DNA of 16,767 nucleotides from a virus (Duplodnaviria; Heunggongvirae; Uroviricota; Caudoviricetes): IMG/VR virus record IMGVR_UViG_2713897055_000004; one strand, 5' to 3'. Shown piece by piece: positions 15,919 to 16,767 of this stretch (position 1 is its first letter; each line of letters starts with the position of its first letter). The notes under the pieces were generated by a model. It saw only the letters and a program-made list of their open reading frames with translations, ran no database searches and was not told where the DNA came from. The position numbers and the translations under genes were made by a program.

Positions 15919-15937
15919 AGGCACCATTACGGTGCCT
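15919..15937 (-). terminator. Candidate hairpin (weak terminator or RNA-processing structure) downstream of the endolysin
   Basis: AGGCACC-ATTAC-GGTGCCT perfect 7-bp stem. On the minus-strand RNA it is followed by the U-rich UUGUCAUUUCUG. Located about 110 nt after the endolysin stop in a 274-bp ORF-free spacer. Confidence 0.3.
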
Positions 15938-16046
15938 CTGCGTGAAATAATGTTCCTGACGTTATTCACTTACATTTTGCCAGTTCGCAGGATTTCGTGT
16001 TATCCGTCCGAGTTGGCCAACGTCATTTTTCAGCAAAATATTCGGC

Positions 16047-16580
16047 TTATCTGTCGATACCCCAGCACGCCAGCGCGCTCTCCTGGTCACGACGGGATAC
16101 CTGACCATAACAGTTATTTGAGCGGATACGGCAGTCTCTGCCACCGTCTTTAATCCACCAGCGAATCGCCTCGCATGCACCCCGGCGATCGCCTGCATTA
16201 ATTCGTTTATAAAACGTCGACGGGAAACACTTACCGGGGCCAATGTTGTAAGGACAGAATGACGCAATACCCGCTTTCTGGGGTTCAGTCAGTGGCACTT
16301 TGATGTTTTTCTCCACCCATGCCAGCGCCTTATCACGCTCAATGGCGTTAACCCGGTCGCATTTTTTCTTCGACAACTTCATGCCCGGGACGACAGGCTT
16401 ACCATCCACCCGGGTGGCTCCACGGCAGATGGTCCAGATACCCGCGCCATCACGGTATGCCGTGGTGTGGTTACCTTCTTTTTCATCCAGAAACTGGTCG
16501 AGAATATCAGGCGCAGGCGCCCCTGCGGCAATCAGCGCCAGAACGGCAGCCGACAGGCCGTATTTGATTTTGGTGTTCAT
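16047..16580 (-). CDS. Endolysin, T4-lysozyme-like muramidase with an N-terminal SAR (signal-anchor-release) domain
   Basis: 177 aa. The N-terminal Gly/Ala-rich weakly hydrophobic segment GLSAAVLALIAAGAPAP is typical of SAR domains. The catalytic E-8aa-D-5aa-T triad is present (E in DEKEG, D in YRDGAG, T in IWT). Resembles the endolysins of 21-like and Qin-like E. coli prophages rather than lambda R. Confidence 0.9.
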   Translation of the reverse strand: MNTKIKYGLSAAVLALIAAGAPAPDILDQFLDEKEGNHTTAYRDGAGIWTICRGATRVDGKPVVPGMKLSKKKCDRVNAIERDKALAWVEKNIKVPLTEPQKAGIASFCPYNIGPGKCFPSTFYKRINAGDRRGACEAIRWWIKDGGRDCRIRSNNCYGQVSRRDQESALACWGIDR

Positions 16581-16634
16581 GGATATTTATCAGGATTTAT
16601 CGGTTCCGAATCCCTGGATATGTTAAGCCTTCAC

Positions 16635-16649
16635 CCCACCAGTGGTGGG
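16635..16649. promoter_or_regulatory. Perfect 15-bp palindrome upstream of the endolysin start
   Basis: CCCACCA-G-TGGTGGG (7-bp arms, 1-bp centre), about 55 bp upstream of the endolysin ATG in a region with stops in all three minus-strand frames. Confidence 0.3.
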
Positions 16650-16767
16650 CACTGGCGGGTTCTTAATTTCCCCGGATGATCGTGGATTACATTCCACCAG
16701 GAGATTACTTATGCTTATCTATCCAGCGGCAGACCTCCGTTTACAGGGACGCAGAGCACAACCATGG

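Noticed and set aside
15962-16267. Minus-strand ORF of 101 aa overlapping the endolysin 3' end
   Set aside because: Out-of-frame overlap with the endolysin, which has a clear catalytic motif. Alternative start, no ribosome-binding site.
16467-16767. Plus-strand ORFs near the window end, including an ATG at 16711 preceded by AGGAG
   Set aside because: The 16711 start is only 19 codons inside the window and overlaps what looks like the 3' end of a minus-strand gene stopping at about 16715. It cannot be resolved without more sequence, so it is not called. ORFs 16300..16626 and 16467..16679 are antisense to the endolysin.
1-16767. Search for tRNA, rRNA, CRISPR array, integrase/att sites and insertion sequences
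   Set aside because: No cloverleaf-like conserved tRNA signatures, no regularly spaced identical repeats with unique spacers, no transposase- or integrase-like ORFs and no terminal inverted repeats were seen. The window is essentially all phage late-region coding sequence plus the cos-proximal accessory segment.

Overview
This window is the late (lysis, packaging, head, tail) region of a lambda-like prophage from an enterobacterium, with every gene on the minus strand. Reading the minus strand 5'->3' (high to low coordinates) the order is: SAR-type endolysin; a non-coding spacer with a 19-bp-period repeat array; an Ant-like (P22 antirepressor N-domain-like) gene; a small hydrophobic ORF; Rz with embedded Rz1; a strong terminator; a low-GC moron encoding a T5orf172/GIY-YIG-like protein; the cos site (cosN identical to lambda GGGCGGCGACCT); then Nu1-A-W-B-C/Nu3-D-E-FI-FII-Z-U-V-G/T-H and the first 25 codons of M. 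Protein calls rest on my own comparison of the supplied translations with remembered lambda protein sequences; no alignment or database search was run. The structural genes are tightly packed with overlapping stop/start junctions (for example ATGA at H/M). The likely accessory content sits in roughly 13420-16046, between cos and the endolysin. I found no tRNA, rRNA, CRISPR array, integrase or att site. The many plus-strand ORFs in the track are antisense to these genes and are treated as spurious.
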